Positions 12,482 through 24,180 of a DNA stretch of 54,027 nt are shown in pieces. How positions within the stretch are numbered: the first letter of the stretch is position 1; each line of letters opens with the position of its first letter. Source of the stretch: Octopus bimaculoides (taxonomy: Eukaryota); contig NC_068999.1 in assembly GCF_001194135.2 (NCBI RefSeq), positions 24,905,960 to 24,959,986 of the forward strand, in the 5' to 3' direction. A program made the translations under genes and the position numbers. The notes beneath the pieces are model-generated. The model searched no databases and was not told where the DNA came from. It was given only the letters and a program-made list of their open reading frames with translations.

Positions 12482-13006
12482 TCATGTCACAGCTTTGTGA
12501 TGTTCCTCTCCCCTTATTTTGAGGGGGCGACATGTGTTGCCTTTGTATAACCTACCACAGCTGCATGGGATAGAGTACATGCAGTTTTTGGTCATATTCT
12601 CTTCTATTGGCGGTTTTACTCGAAGGAGATATTTACAAAGTGTTGTATTACTCTTGAATACTGTCCTGATGTCATATGGGCCGCATATCTTTTGTATCTT
12701 TTCGGAGAGGCCTTTCACATAGGGTAGACAGACTGTGGACAATTTATTGGTTTTATCCTCTCTTTTCTTTGTAATTGGATTGGATAGTATGTTTTTGGGG
12801 TAGGTGTTGCTTAATAGATTGTTACTGAGCTTGATCATTTCTTCGTGGTGGGTATCATGATCGCTACTTATATTCTTTGCTCGATGTTTTAGGCACTGAG
12901 CAATCCTTCTCTTTACACTGTATGGATGGTGGGAATTAAGTTGAGGTATTGTCCAGTGAAGGTTGGCTTGCAGTATACCGATGTCCTGAATCCATACTTG
13001 GTGCAT
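12482..13006 (-). pseudogene. Penelope-like RT thumb/linker and GIY-YIG endonuclease (family B)
   Basis: VCLPYVKGLSEKIQKICGPYDIRTVFK...CMYSIPCSCGRLYKGNTCRPLKIRGEEH. Frameshifted relative to the RT. Confidence 0.88.
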
Positions 13007-13421
13007 CTTATTAATACGTCCAGGAATGCTTGCTGATTGTCTTTTACTTTTTCCATTGTGAACTGTATGGATGGATTTATTGAGTTTACATGATCTAATA
13101 GCACTTGGACATCTTCTTGGTGAGGCCAGAGTATAAAGGTCTCATTAATATATCGCAGCCATAGCCTTTGTTTTAGTGGTGTTGATCCTAAAGCCAAATT
13201 TTCAAAGTATTCCATGTATATATTGGCTATTATTGGTGATAATGGTGAACCCATAGCTAAACCCTCTTCTTGTCAATATATATCAGTATCCATACTGAAC
13301 TAGGTAGTTTCTATGCAAAAGGTCAACATTTCCATCAAGTTTCTTATTGGTATACTAGTCTGTTCTTTTAGAAGGGTGTCTGTTACTAGTTTTTCTAGAA
13401 TCACCGATAGTGCTTCATCTC
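12913..13421 (-). pseudogene. Penelope-like reverse transcriptase, domains 4-7
   Basis: QEEGLAMGSPLSPIIANIYME...WLRYINETF (YVDD degenerated)...IQFTME...FLDVLI. Upstream part carries stops. Confidence 0.9.
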
Positions 13422-13767
13422 ATGCAGCTGTGGTAGGTTATACAAAGGCGACACATGTCGCCCCCTCAAAATAAGGGTAGAGGAACATCACAAAGTTGTG
13501 ACATGAGGAGATATTGATAAACTGGGTATAGCTGATCATGTCTGGAAAAATGGAGACCACCTCCTCCTGCAGGATGAAGTTAAAATAATAGACAGAGAAC
13601 ACCACTGGAAAATATGAAAACTAAAAGAAGCAGCACATATGCTAGGACACAACAACCTCCTAAGTAGACTGAGTGCAGATATGAATAGCATATGGGAACC
13701 GGTATTAAAGAAGGATAGGAGAATATTAGATTTATAAGCCATAAAATTCACTCCATAATTGCCCACG

Positions 13768-13840
13768 GGCATATGGCATAGTGGTTAAGAGCATGGGCTA
13801 TTAACCCCAAGATTCCAAGGTCGATTCCAGGTAGTGACCT
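13768..13840 (+). other. tRNA-like Pol III cassette (A box, B box) inside the pLTR, not an intact tRNA gene
   Basis: tggcatagtggttaagagc (A box/D arm), anticodon-like arm tggg-ctattaa-ccca, ggtcgattcc (B box), then an (ACT/AAT)n tail. Mirrored at 12147-12230. Confidence 0.65.
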
Positions 13841-13922
13841 GAATACTACTACTACTACTAATAATAATAATGACATTGAAAAATACCTTAGGAATGAGAA
13901 CCCAGGTTCAAAATTTCCCCAA

Positions 13923-13968
13923 AGCACCTGATGAAGGCTGGAGGGTGTATCAGCTGAAAAGTTGTGTC
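13923..13968 (+). ncRNA. Minimal type I hammerhead ribozyme motif (right arm, helix III point mutation)
   Basis: GCAC-CUGAUGA-A-GGCUG-loop-CAGCU-GAAAA-GUU-GUGU. Confidence 0.65.
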
Positions 13969-14662
13969 AACAACAAACATGATGAGGACAAATGTAAATA
14001 ATGTAAATAATGTACCTATATTTTGTAGTCAATTGGTTACAATTATGAAAAAGTATTTCATTTCTGACTCACTGAAACAATTCATGTCATATACTGAATT
14101 TTCAGAAGCCTTCAAACCATGCTACCTTGGAAACAAATAGGAAAATATATTTCCAAATGAGAAACACATTGTGCTTGAAGATCAATAAAATATATATTTA
14201 GAGTATGTTTATGATCCACTTTTACATTATAACTAATTCACATTTCAAGGTTGTTTATAAACATCAAACAGTATGATTTGAACATATGGTTCTTTCATAA
14301 AATACATAATTTATTTCATTAAAATGTTCATTACTATTTGTATGCTTTACATTGTTCTGTTGGAAATCTAACTGAAGCCTTTTAAACTTTGTCGCATTTT
14401 ATAGCCAAGTAAGCAATAAGGAAATTAGTTTAGAATGATACCACAAAGTCAATTTTTTTTTGTATTTGTTGTTTTTTTCAGCTTAAGTGATTGACAGGGA
14501 AAATTTATTCACAATTCTCTAACAGTATAAGTCAAAACCAACAATTTAGGAAGCTTATCTTTGCAAAAAATTCAAGACAAGTAGACTCAGCATATACTCC
14601 CTTTTCAAATACCTTTGCTCAAAATAAACATCTTCTTTCTTCTAATAAAAGAGTACTTTAAG

Positions 14663-14716
14663 GCAGAGTATCCAACATGATTTGGCCTTACTAGAAATAA
14701 CTGATTGCCTAATTTA
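14663..14716 (+). CDS. Candidate exon (L-QSIQHDLALLEITDCLI-Y), phase 2-2
   Basis: Acceptor tactttaag|, open frame, donor |gtgagt. Confidence 0.45.
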
Positions 14717-15871
14717 GTGAGTCTCAACCATTTTTCTTACCTATGGATCCTTTTGATTACTGTTTTATTCTGATGGACCCCACCACCTCCCCTGCAAACC
14801 ATTCTATGTTTAAAATCCAGTTTTACAGTTTTCAAAATTCCTAGTTTGCTTTTTCACACATTCACTTGTGTTGGTTTGCAATAGAATTTTCTGAGAGAAA
14901 ATGTTTAAGCAACACTATGATAAGAGAAAGAAATCTAGTCGTTTCTTACAATAAATAGATTTAAAGCAACATTTTTTTTATATTGGACATTTAAAATACT
15001 ACTGTGGATCCCCAATCTATTATCTTACTTGTGCAGGTCCCACAAAAATTTATATGGTTCATCAGAGGTCATATGGGCCCCAAATGTGAACTAGTGGTTT
15101 AATATTTACCAACAGAGAAAACATTTGTAAACAGTTAAAAACAAATTGAAGAAATTAAGTATCAAGTAAAAGTTAGGGTGGGATATTTAGAAATTATAAA
15201 GATGAATGATTCTTGTTGATACATTAAACTGATATGTCAGTTACAGAAGTTATCAATTTCAACAGATTTATGATATTCTACCTGTTTTGCAAAAACACTA
15301 AATTCACTATAATTATTTGTTTACTGTGAATTCAGCAAACATTTCACTACATATCTTGTTCACCCACAGGTTTCTATCTTTTCCCTTCACAGGTTATGTA
15401 TTCTGAATCACTTTTCTTCACAGGCTGTACAGTCAGTATCTTTTCTATTCACAATTTCATTCATAGACTGACAGAAGACAAAATTATGTAACCTGTCATT
15501 TCTGAATATGAAAAGATGATTACAATATTTTTGATATACGACTTGGAAGTCTGATAAAGAAGTTGGCAATAATGGCATTGTGAAACTTGAAACTTCTCTC
15601 ACAAAAGGAATATAAAAATCAGGTTACTGCTGCAGTGAATGCTACAGCTCTACTCTACACTTAATCCTAGTGTAATCTAAGGTAGATACTACATGTGGAG
15701 TATCATAGAGATCTTAAAGAATTACATGACAAATAAAATAATTGAAATAAATTCAATAATATAATCTTAGTTGCAAAATTTTATGTATCCTTTCTATGGC
15801 ACTTGATAAGGAATCAACACTTGCAAAATGAAATGGTTGATTTATGCAGTGAACAGAATTTGAAGACAATC

Positions 15872-15914
<43 letters not shown>

Positions 15915-16968
15915 CAATGACAACAACGACAATGATGTTGATAACAAAAATCCCCCCCCCACCACCACCACCACCACTGTCTCCATTGTCATCATCATGA
16001 ATTGTGACAATTACGTTTTCAGTCTCTGAATGTCCTTAACTCCACATTGCCTCTTACTTCAACTTTTTCAGCTAGCATGACTCTGCTTTTTCTATATACA
16101 ATCTACAGATTTCTCCTAATTCAAACCAATTCATGCCATTTAGTCTTTTTTATGTGACCAAACAATTGTTTCCACCTCTATTAGAAATAATAACTTAGAA
16201 TGTCTCATTTATCTATGCCCTATTCTTCACAGACTTTTCAGATTTCCTTGAAATATTTTTGAACATATTTAATCAATTTCTTGTGAAAATGGGATTTTAC
16301 CAAGTTCTATAAAATCATGCAGTTTAAACATACAAAGGAAAATATGGAGTATATGCATAACAAAGTATTACAAAAAATGCTTTTTTTTTTTTTTTGGCTG
16401 TTCACATACTTTTGGATTAAATCCATAACTATTAGGTGGCAATGAATTATCTGGAAGAATAGATAGAAAAATAACTATAACATAAGAAAAATACAATTTG
16501 GAATCTTTTACTGCATTAGAAATGTGTTGAAAATCAATTTTGCAATTTCCTGTGCAATGCTAGTTCTAAAGCTCAGTATGTGTTTTATTTTTCACATTGT
16601 TAAATTTTTTTTTGTAAAAAAAAAATAAATAAAATGAACAGATTTAGTAAACATGAAAGTCTAGTTGCCACCCCAAGAGGTAATCTATGTAAGAGAGGGT
16701 GTAAAGAAATGCTACATGTTAATTATATCATATAGTTTTGCTTTTAAAAAGAAATTAAATATCTGCAGAAATAGATTACCGAGGAAGTAAATACTCTTAA
16801 AGATTCATGGTAGTGTAAAGTGTGAGGTAGAATATATGTAGTAATAGCTAAATTGCAGTTAAATCAATGGCTGTTCTATTTATTTTAATAAAAGCATGTT
16901 ATAGAAAACGTTCAACTAAAAAGCTATCGCTTGAAACAAAATGATTTTATCAAGAATATTTTATGTAG

Positions 16969-16989
16969 CAGCCAGCTGAGATTATAAAG
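16969..16989 (+). CDS. Candidate 21-nt exon (QPAEIIK), phase 0-0
   Basis: Acceptor tattttatgtag| and donor aag|gtggtg. Confidence 0.35.
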
Positions 16990-17076
16990 GTGGTGTTTTA
17001 AAAGGCGTCCAGAAATGCTTGATCTTCTTTGAAATAAGAGATTTTTAGAACAAAATTTATTATTGAAATTTATTAG

Positions 17077-17103
17077 AATCCAGATAACTGCCGTGAAATT
17101 CTG
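17077..17103 (+). CDS. Candidate 27-nt exon (NPDNCREIL), phase 0-0
   Basis: Acceptor aaatttattag| and donor ctg|gtacaa. Confidence 0.35.
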
Positions 17104-17302
17104 GTACAACAAAAGGTTTACTTCCTATGAAATTCTAGTGATTATTAGTCTCTAAATAAACCTCATTAAACACAAAAAAGTCAATGAACTATAAAAAGAA
17201 TCTATAGTTTATTTCTCAGTTCTCCAGAATTCAATTTTTTATTTTGAGGAGAAGCAAAATAGAAAAATGTCCAGGCAAAACAGTTAACTTCACTCACTAA
17301 TC

Positions 17303-17536
17303 TATTTCTTTATTGCCCACAAGGGGCTAAACATAGAGGGGACAAACAAGGACAGACAAAGGGATTAAGTCGATTATATCGACTCCAGTGTGTAACTGGC
17401 ACTTAATTAATCGACCCCGAAAGGATGAAAGGCAAAGTTGACCTTGGCAGAATTTGAACTCAGAACGTAACAGCAGATGAAATACTGCTAAGCATTTCGC
17501 CCAGTGTACTAACGATTCTGCCAGTTAACTTTGCTC
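17303..17536 (-). mobile_element. tRNA-derived SINE family 1
   Basis: Same core (gaccccgaaaggatgaaaggcaaag...gaatttgaactcagaacg) as 9885-10102. Confidence 0.85.
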
Positions 17537-17959
17537 ACTAATGATGCATTTATGTGTACCATTGGATATGTTCCAGTTGAAACCTAGACACACATCAACA
17601 TAAATCACCATTCTGGAAAAATCTGTTTCTTTTCAACCAAACAGATCAGTGATTTTGTTACACCAATGTAGGTGCTGGTAAGCTCTCAGAATTTTTAACA
17701 ACCAGTTCGCTGAGCTGCCACAGTTTTAACAAACTGTTTGCTGAGTTACAACAATGTTGAAACCAAAAGTTCCGAATAAAAGATGCTGAATTTGGCAGTG
17801 AAATATTTCTTTATCAAATACATCATCATCATCGTTGTCATCATCACCACCATAATCATTGTTGTCATCACCATCGTCATCATCATCAACATCATCGTTG
17901 TTATTGTCATCAACATCATCATCATCATTATCACCATCATCACCACCTCCACCACCATC

Positions 17960-18240
17960 ATCATCATCATTTAATGTCCATTTTCCATGCTGGCATGAGT
18001 TGGACAGTTTGACAGGAGCTAGCAAATTGTCTGTTTTGGCATGGTTTTTGTGGATGAATGCCCTTCCAAACATTAACCATTTTACAGAGTGCACTGGGTG
18101 CTTTTGATGTGGCACTGGCACAAGTGCATGCTTTATATGTGGAAATGGCATGAATGTTGTGTAAGTAGCACCAGCATGGGTGCTTTATATGTGGCACTGG
18201 CATGGAGTGCATTGCCCATGGCACAGGTGCTTTTTACATG
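17960..18240 (-). mobile_element. Retroposon 3' end with (ATG)n tail; related copies at 21240-21335, 22215-22450, 23430-23575, 26390-26430
   Basis: Shared catcatcat(cg)tttaa(c/t)gtcc(a/g)ttttccatgct(g/a)gcatg motif next to CAT repeats. Confidence 0.6.
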
Positions 18241-18901
18241 ACATTAGAATTCATCTCATTAATATAATAAAAATTGTTATACAAAATATAACTGATAATG
18301 GTCTACGTTAGGAATAATCAGTCAATGTAAAGCAGAGAAGATCAGTTACATTTCCTCACTATCATTCTCACAAATAAGCTTTATCAATCTTTTAAATTTA
18401 GTATTGAAATAGAAAATGTTATGTGGCAGATACTGTGATTAATTTTCACTTCCAAACAAGAAACATTAAGGAATATGAGTGGGTAGCATCATTCGATGCA
18501 GTGACATGTCTGGTATCATAAGTTTTCCAAGTTGGTCTCTCTTCAACATCCAGCAAAAAATTAACGACCTATTCTCATTAAAAGAAAAGGCATGTTAGCA
18601 ACCAGTTCATGGGAATTGATACAAATCAGATATAACAGATTAGTGAGCATTGGTCAATTCTTGATTGACATTACTTTTAAGATGTCAGGATGGCACATAA
18701 GCTACACAAAAAAAAACTATGTCAATTAGCTGACTGAAGAACATTCCAAATTTGTTGTATTGAGATTGAGAAAATAATACTACTAATCTCTGATTGGTCA
18801 ATTCGTAAACTTCTAGAATGTTCCCTAATGTGCATTAGTTTGGAAAATAAATTGACATGAAGTTTTGATAGAAGATTTTAGTTTAAATTATTTTGAAATA
18901 G

Positions 18902-18939
18902 GAAGTGTATATTACAGACTCAAGGGTGGAGTCAGGCAG
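18902..18939 (+). CDS. Candidate 38-nt exon (EVYITDSRVESG-S), phase 0-2
   Basis: Acceptor attattttgaaatag| and donor cag|gtttgt. Confidence 0.4.
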
Positions 18940-19330
18940 GTTTGTAACAAATGGGTTTATAGATATATACATAATTATTTGCGCTTATTACTGATTCAGT
19001 AACACATGTATTCACCTACACAATCTTAGAATCAAATTATTATTAATTTATTTAATGTAATAAGTTTTGAAAATCACTTTTTTGTTTCCATTATTAACCA
19101 GAGTACCAAATTATATTTTTGACTTGCATAAACACTGTATTCATATTAATCTATCATCTATATTCAAAAGGTTGATATATTAGATCATTCAAAGTGAAAT
19201 AATGATTAAATGAAATGAGATGTTCTAATTAGAATTTAACTCTAATTATAAAAAAATTGTCCAGTGTGGAAAAGGCAGTGTAAGCCCCAATATGCAGTAT
19301 AATTCTAATCATTTTGACATGTCTTTTATA

Positions 19331-20563
19331 TGAGGGTCGGCTTTAAAGTTCATAGTCTGGCCAAAATACTCTCATGGAATGTGACCAAATGAGGTTTATT
19401 TCTCAACATAGTCCCCCTTACAATCCACACACTTCTTCCATTAGTGTTGCAGTGCTTAGATCCCATTCATGAAGAAGCTTTCATCTTGTTGGTTAAAAAA
19501 CTCATCAACAACAGAAATGATGCCATCATCACTGCAGTACTGGTTCCCAGCCAAGTGTTTTTCATGTTGAGGAACGGATGATAGTCAGATGGGGCCAAAT
19601 CAGGAGAATAGGGATGCTAATCAACTAATTCAAAGTCACAGTCATGAAACATTGTTCTCATAAAACAAGAAACAAGGCCCCTTTCATCAGTTTTCCTTGG
19701 TGTTTGCTCTTGATAGCTTTCAGTAAATGCCTCTGCAAGTTGGTATAGTACTCTCTCCATTGATGGTGTGACCTTTTTGAAGAAAGTCAATAAAACTGAG
19801 GCAATCACCTTCTTAGCAGTTAAAATGACCTTGGTCTTCTTTGAAGCAAGTGAGGAGGGGTTTTCCTATTGTATAGATTGTCTCTTTGTCTCTGATACAA
19901 AGTGATGAAACCAACACTTATCCTGGGTTAGAAAACTTTCAAGAAAACCAGTTGGATCTGCCTCAAACAATGGCAGATTTTCCTGTGATGTGATCAGACT
20001 GGTGTGCTTTTGATCAGCTGTCAGAAGATGTGGTACCTACCAAGCAGAAACCTTCATCATGCTAAGTTCATTGTGCAGAATATTCTCAACTCTCTCTGCT
20101 AATAGCATTGGCTATTTGATTTATACTCAATTGCTTGTCATCCATCACCATGTGGTAAACACAATCGATGTTTCCTTTGGTGGTGGCAGTTACAGCATGT
20201 TCAGAACTTAGGTCATCTTCAAGACTCTCCGTTCCCCTCCTAAATTCAGCTGCCCACTTTTGCACCTTGATAAAGCTGGAGTGTCATCCCCTAACATAGC
20301 AGCCATACCAGCATGAATGTCACTGGGTGCTAAACCATTTTTCTACAAGTACTTAATAACACCAAAATGCCAAATTTTGTTAATTCTCAAGAGAAGTCAC
20401 AACTAGTTATTCTTCATGCCTTCTTTGAACAGTCAGTTGTCAGTTTACCTGGAAAAAAACAATGCAGTTATTAATAAGAAGAGCTGAAAATAATGCTTGC
20501 AAGATTTCACAGTTCTAGTATCACTCCTTCATAGTCAGCCTATGAACTTTCAACACACACTCA
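19331..20563 (-). mobile_element. Mariner DNA transposon, TIR to TIR, decayed transposase
   Basis: ~29 bp imperfect TIRs (tgagggtcggctttaaagttcatagtctg / cagcctatgaactttcaacacacactca) with TA on both sides. The minus strand ends ...DESFFMNGI*ALQH*WKKCVDCKGDYVEK*. Confidence 0.88.
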
Positions 20564-22064
20564 TATATGCAAATGTTGCCTTTTTCTTATCAACTAATTA
20601 TTTCTTATTAGAATTTTTGATATCTACTATATTACAAATGTTAAAATAAACTTAATGAATGAACAATACTTAAGTTAGTTGTCTGATTATCTAGAGTACA
20701 AAATAATTCTCCTGACCTACTTTGACTCCATATTCATATTAATTTTTCCATTTTTATTCAGTAGATTAATAGAGTAGTGCATTAAAAGTATAAAAAAAAT
20801 TTTTTAAACTAAATCACCAAGGTGAATTTTTCAGAGATACCCTCAGGACAAAAAGCATCAGTTTCTTATTCAAGTTCAGTGAAACAGTGAAGCTTATTTA
20901 GAGAACATAGCAATATTCACATTTTTCCAGTAATTCTTTTTAATTACAAGAATTTTTTTGTGGTAAACTGTAGATAAATCTAGCAGCTGTTTTAATTAAT
21001 TCAATAGATTCTCTCTTATAAACTAATGTACATCAACCATCTTAATACATACATACATACATATATATACATACATCATCTTATATATATATATAGGACT
21101 TATTTTTCATGCCTAGTTCTTATTCTATCAGTCTCTTTTGCTGAACTGCTAAGTTACAGGGACATAAACACACCAACATTGGTTGTCAAGCAATGGTGGG
21201 AGGACAAACACAGACACACAGGCACAAATATATACATCATCATCATCATCATCGTTGTTTAACGTCCGCTTTCCATGCTAGCATGGGTTGGACGATTTGA
21301 CTGAGGACTGGTGAAACCAGATGGCTACACCAGGATGGGCTATTTTCAATTTCTGTCTACCAAATTCCACTCAAAAGTTTTGGTCAGCCTGAGGCTATAG
21401 CAGAAGACACTTGCCCAAGGTTCTACGCAGTGGAACTGAACCCAGAACTTTATATATATATATATATATATATCATTTTATTTAAATTCATGATATATAA
21501 CTGTTACTAGATGTTAATTTCTTTTGAAAACGTCCTGTAGAGAAGAGTATAGTTGACTGAATCATCCTCAGTAGAGTACTGGTATTTATTGATCCTGGAG
21601 AGATAAAGAACTATATATGTCAATGTTATTTGGCCCCAGAACATCCCTGATCAAGTAAAATTACAACTATATTTTGCAAAATAAAATATTTTTATGGGAA
21701 ATTTCTCAAGCTGTTTTCTTCAACTTTGCACCTATACTGCAAATTATTCAAAGTCAATTACATTCATTTGAGTTTTATAATAATACATGGTCATTGCATC
21801 TGCTTTTAATAATGTTTTTTTAGATTCTCAACAACGTGTCCTATATTACAGAATTTTCAAAATTACACCACCAGTTCTTTGATATGTTTTTTAAACATAC
21901 AACTAAACTTTGGTGTACTGAATGTTTTAATTTCCAGTGCTAAGATAATGCATGGAAAATTTATAACAGTTGGCAAATTCACATCAATATGTAAAGTAGC
22001 TTACTAGTATGCTAAGCAGTATTTTTAGGTAGCTATCAGGTGTGATTTCATGTTATAATTACAG

Positions 22065-22087
22065 TGTCAGACATGACCTAATGATGA
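22065..22087 (+). CDS. Candidate 23-nt exon (VRHDLMM), phase 2-1
   Basis: Acceptor ttataattacag| and donor |gtaaga. Confidence 0.45.
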
Positions 22088-22568
22088 GTAAGAAGCCTAG
22101 AAATTGTGGCCAATTCAATATGCATGATGTTTTACTAAAAAATTGGAATATTCTGTTTTGTAAATATATTTGTAACTCCAATTATAAACAAAGAACAAAA
22201 CCATTTCATTATCATCATCATTTAACATCTGTTGTCCATGTTGGCATGAGCTGGACGGTTTGACTGGGGCTAGCAAATTGGAAGGTTGCACCAGACTCCA
22301 GTCTGATTTGGCATGGCTGGATGGCCTTCTTAATGTCAACTACTCCGAGAGTGTAGTGGGTGCTTTTATGTGCCACTGGCATAGGTGCCATTTGCATGAC
22401 ACCGATATCTGCCACAACTGCGATTTTGCTCGGCTTCATGGGACTTCTTCTCATCTATACACATATATATATTACTTTTGAAGCTCACTTGTATTCAGTC
22501 TATTTTCCCTTGGTTCACATTTAAGTCTGAATAAATCATACATTATATCAGTTGTATTTTTGTACTAG

Positions 22569-22597
22569 GACTAAAGTGTTCCATGATCATAGAACAG
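22569..22597 (+). CDS. Candidate 29-nt exon (R-LKCSMIIEQ), phase 1-0
   Basis: Acceptor gtattttgtactag| and donor cag|gtacat. Confidence 0.45.
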
Positions 22598-22659
22598 GTA
22601 CATGAATATACAAGTTACACTGTTGTCTATCAGATAAATGAAGTAATATTAAGTTCCTG

Positions 22660-23290
22660 CAACATCATATATATGGATGATGTAGTGAGAGAGGTAAATG
22701 CTAGAACCTTTGGTAGGGGAGCCCAAATGGAGGGAGAAAATGGAGAGAAATGGCAAGTGAGTCAGTTGTTGTTTGCTGATGATACAGCACTGGTGGTGGA
22801 TTCAGAAGAGGAACTGAGGAGACTGGTAGTAGAGTTTGGAAGAGGGTGTGAGAGGAGGAAACTGAAAGTGAATGTAGCTAAGAGTAAGGGGATGAGATGT
22901 TTGAGAGATGGAATGAAAGAAAAACTAACAACCAAAATGGATAGATGAATGTTGAGGTGGTTTGGCCACATGGAGAGGATGGATGAAGAGTGGATGGTAA
23001 GGAGGAGGATGAAGGCAGAAGTGGTAGGCAGCAGAACCAGAGGCAGACCTCAGTTTGTGTGGATGGATGAAGTGAGGAAAGATTTGGTGGTTAGAGGTGC
23101 TGGAGTGAGAGAGGCAAGAGAGTTTATTAATGATAGGAAAGTTCGGAGAGTGTTTGTGGATGGATGAGTGAACTTGATGTTGCTCAAAGAGGTATGGAAC
23201 CAGCATGACATGATGGGGGTAAACCAGCATATGCTGTCGGACCCTGCTGCTGATACTGGGGGTTGCATTCTATGCCTTGACCTGAGCATA
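22660..23290 (+). pseudogene. RTE-clade LINE fragment, internally deleted
   Basis: IYMDDVVRE...SQLLFADDTALV...KLKVNVAKSK, then LRWFGHMERM...RGRPQFVWMD. Confidence 0.88.
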
Positions 23291-23581
23291 GAATGGGACT
23301 CGCCTCTTTGAGCTAAGAAATGAATGGAATGCCTAGTGTGTGTCTTATTGTGGCTACCCCCTCCTAAAAAAAAATGGGAAATAAGCCTGGGAATATTAAG
23401 AAAAAAACCCCAAAACATCATCATCATCATCATCGTCATCAATTTAACATCTACTTTTCCATGCTCACATGGGATGTACCGAACTTGTTGGGACAGATTT
23501 TCTATAACTGGATACCCTTGCTGTCACCAACCCTCACTTGTTTTCCCATAGCCAGACAGAAGGTTGGAAATGAATGATACT

Positions 23582-24180
23582 GCTTATAGGTGTAGGACTG
23601 GCTCTGTGGTAAGTAGCTTGTTTACCAGCCATATGGTCCAGGGTTCAGTCCCAGTGTGTGGCACCTTGGGCAAGTGTCTTCTACAATAGCCTCAGGCTGA
23701 CCAAAGCCTTATGAGTGGATTTGGTAGACGGAAACTGAAAAAAGCCTGTGGTGCCCAGTCAGCATCAATTGAGAATGACAGTCTTAATGGGATTTGACCA
23801 TCAATGAATAGCTATATCCAATCTTTTCTTCACTGGTTTCAGTCATTGGACTGTGGTAGTTCTGGGGCACCACTTTGAAGTGTTAGGTTGAACAAATTGA
23901 CTTATTTCTTAAGTCTGGTACTTGTTCTGTCAGACCCTTTGCCAAACTGCTAAATTACAGGGACATTAACAAACCAGCACAAGTTCTCAAGTATTGGGGT
24001 AAACACACATACACACACACATATCCATCAAGTTTTCATACAGTTTCTGTCTACCAAATTCACTTGCAAGGCATTGGTCAGCCCAGAGTTATAGAAGAAG
24101 ACACATGCCAAAGGTGCTGTGCAGAGGCCTGAACCTGAACCCACATGGTTGCAAAGCAAACTTCTTAAACACACATTCAT
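23582..24180. mobile_element. Two SINE family 2 copies, tail-to-tail (23582-23760 plus, 23820-24180 minus)
   Basis: Both match the 44645-45070 copy. Confidence 0.75.

Larger units (their letters stand above)
11903..14015 (-). mobile_element. 5'-truncated Penelope-like element family B with ~600 bp inverted pLTR arms
   Basis: RT and GIY-YIG lie on the minus strand. 13425-14015 is an inverted duplicate of ~11940-12560. Both arms carry a tRNA-like segment, an (AAT)n tract and a hammerhead motif. Confidence 0.9.
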
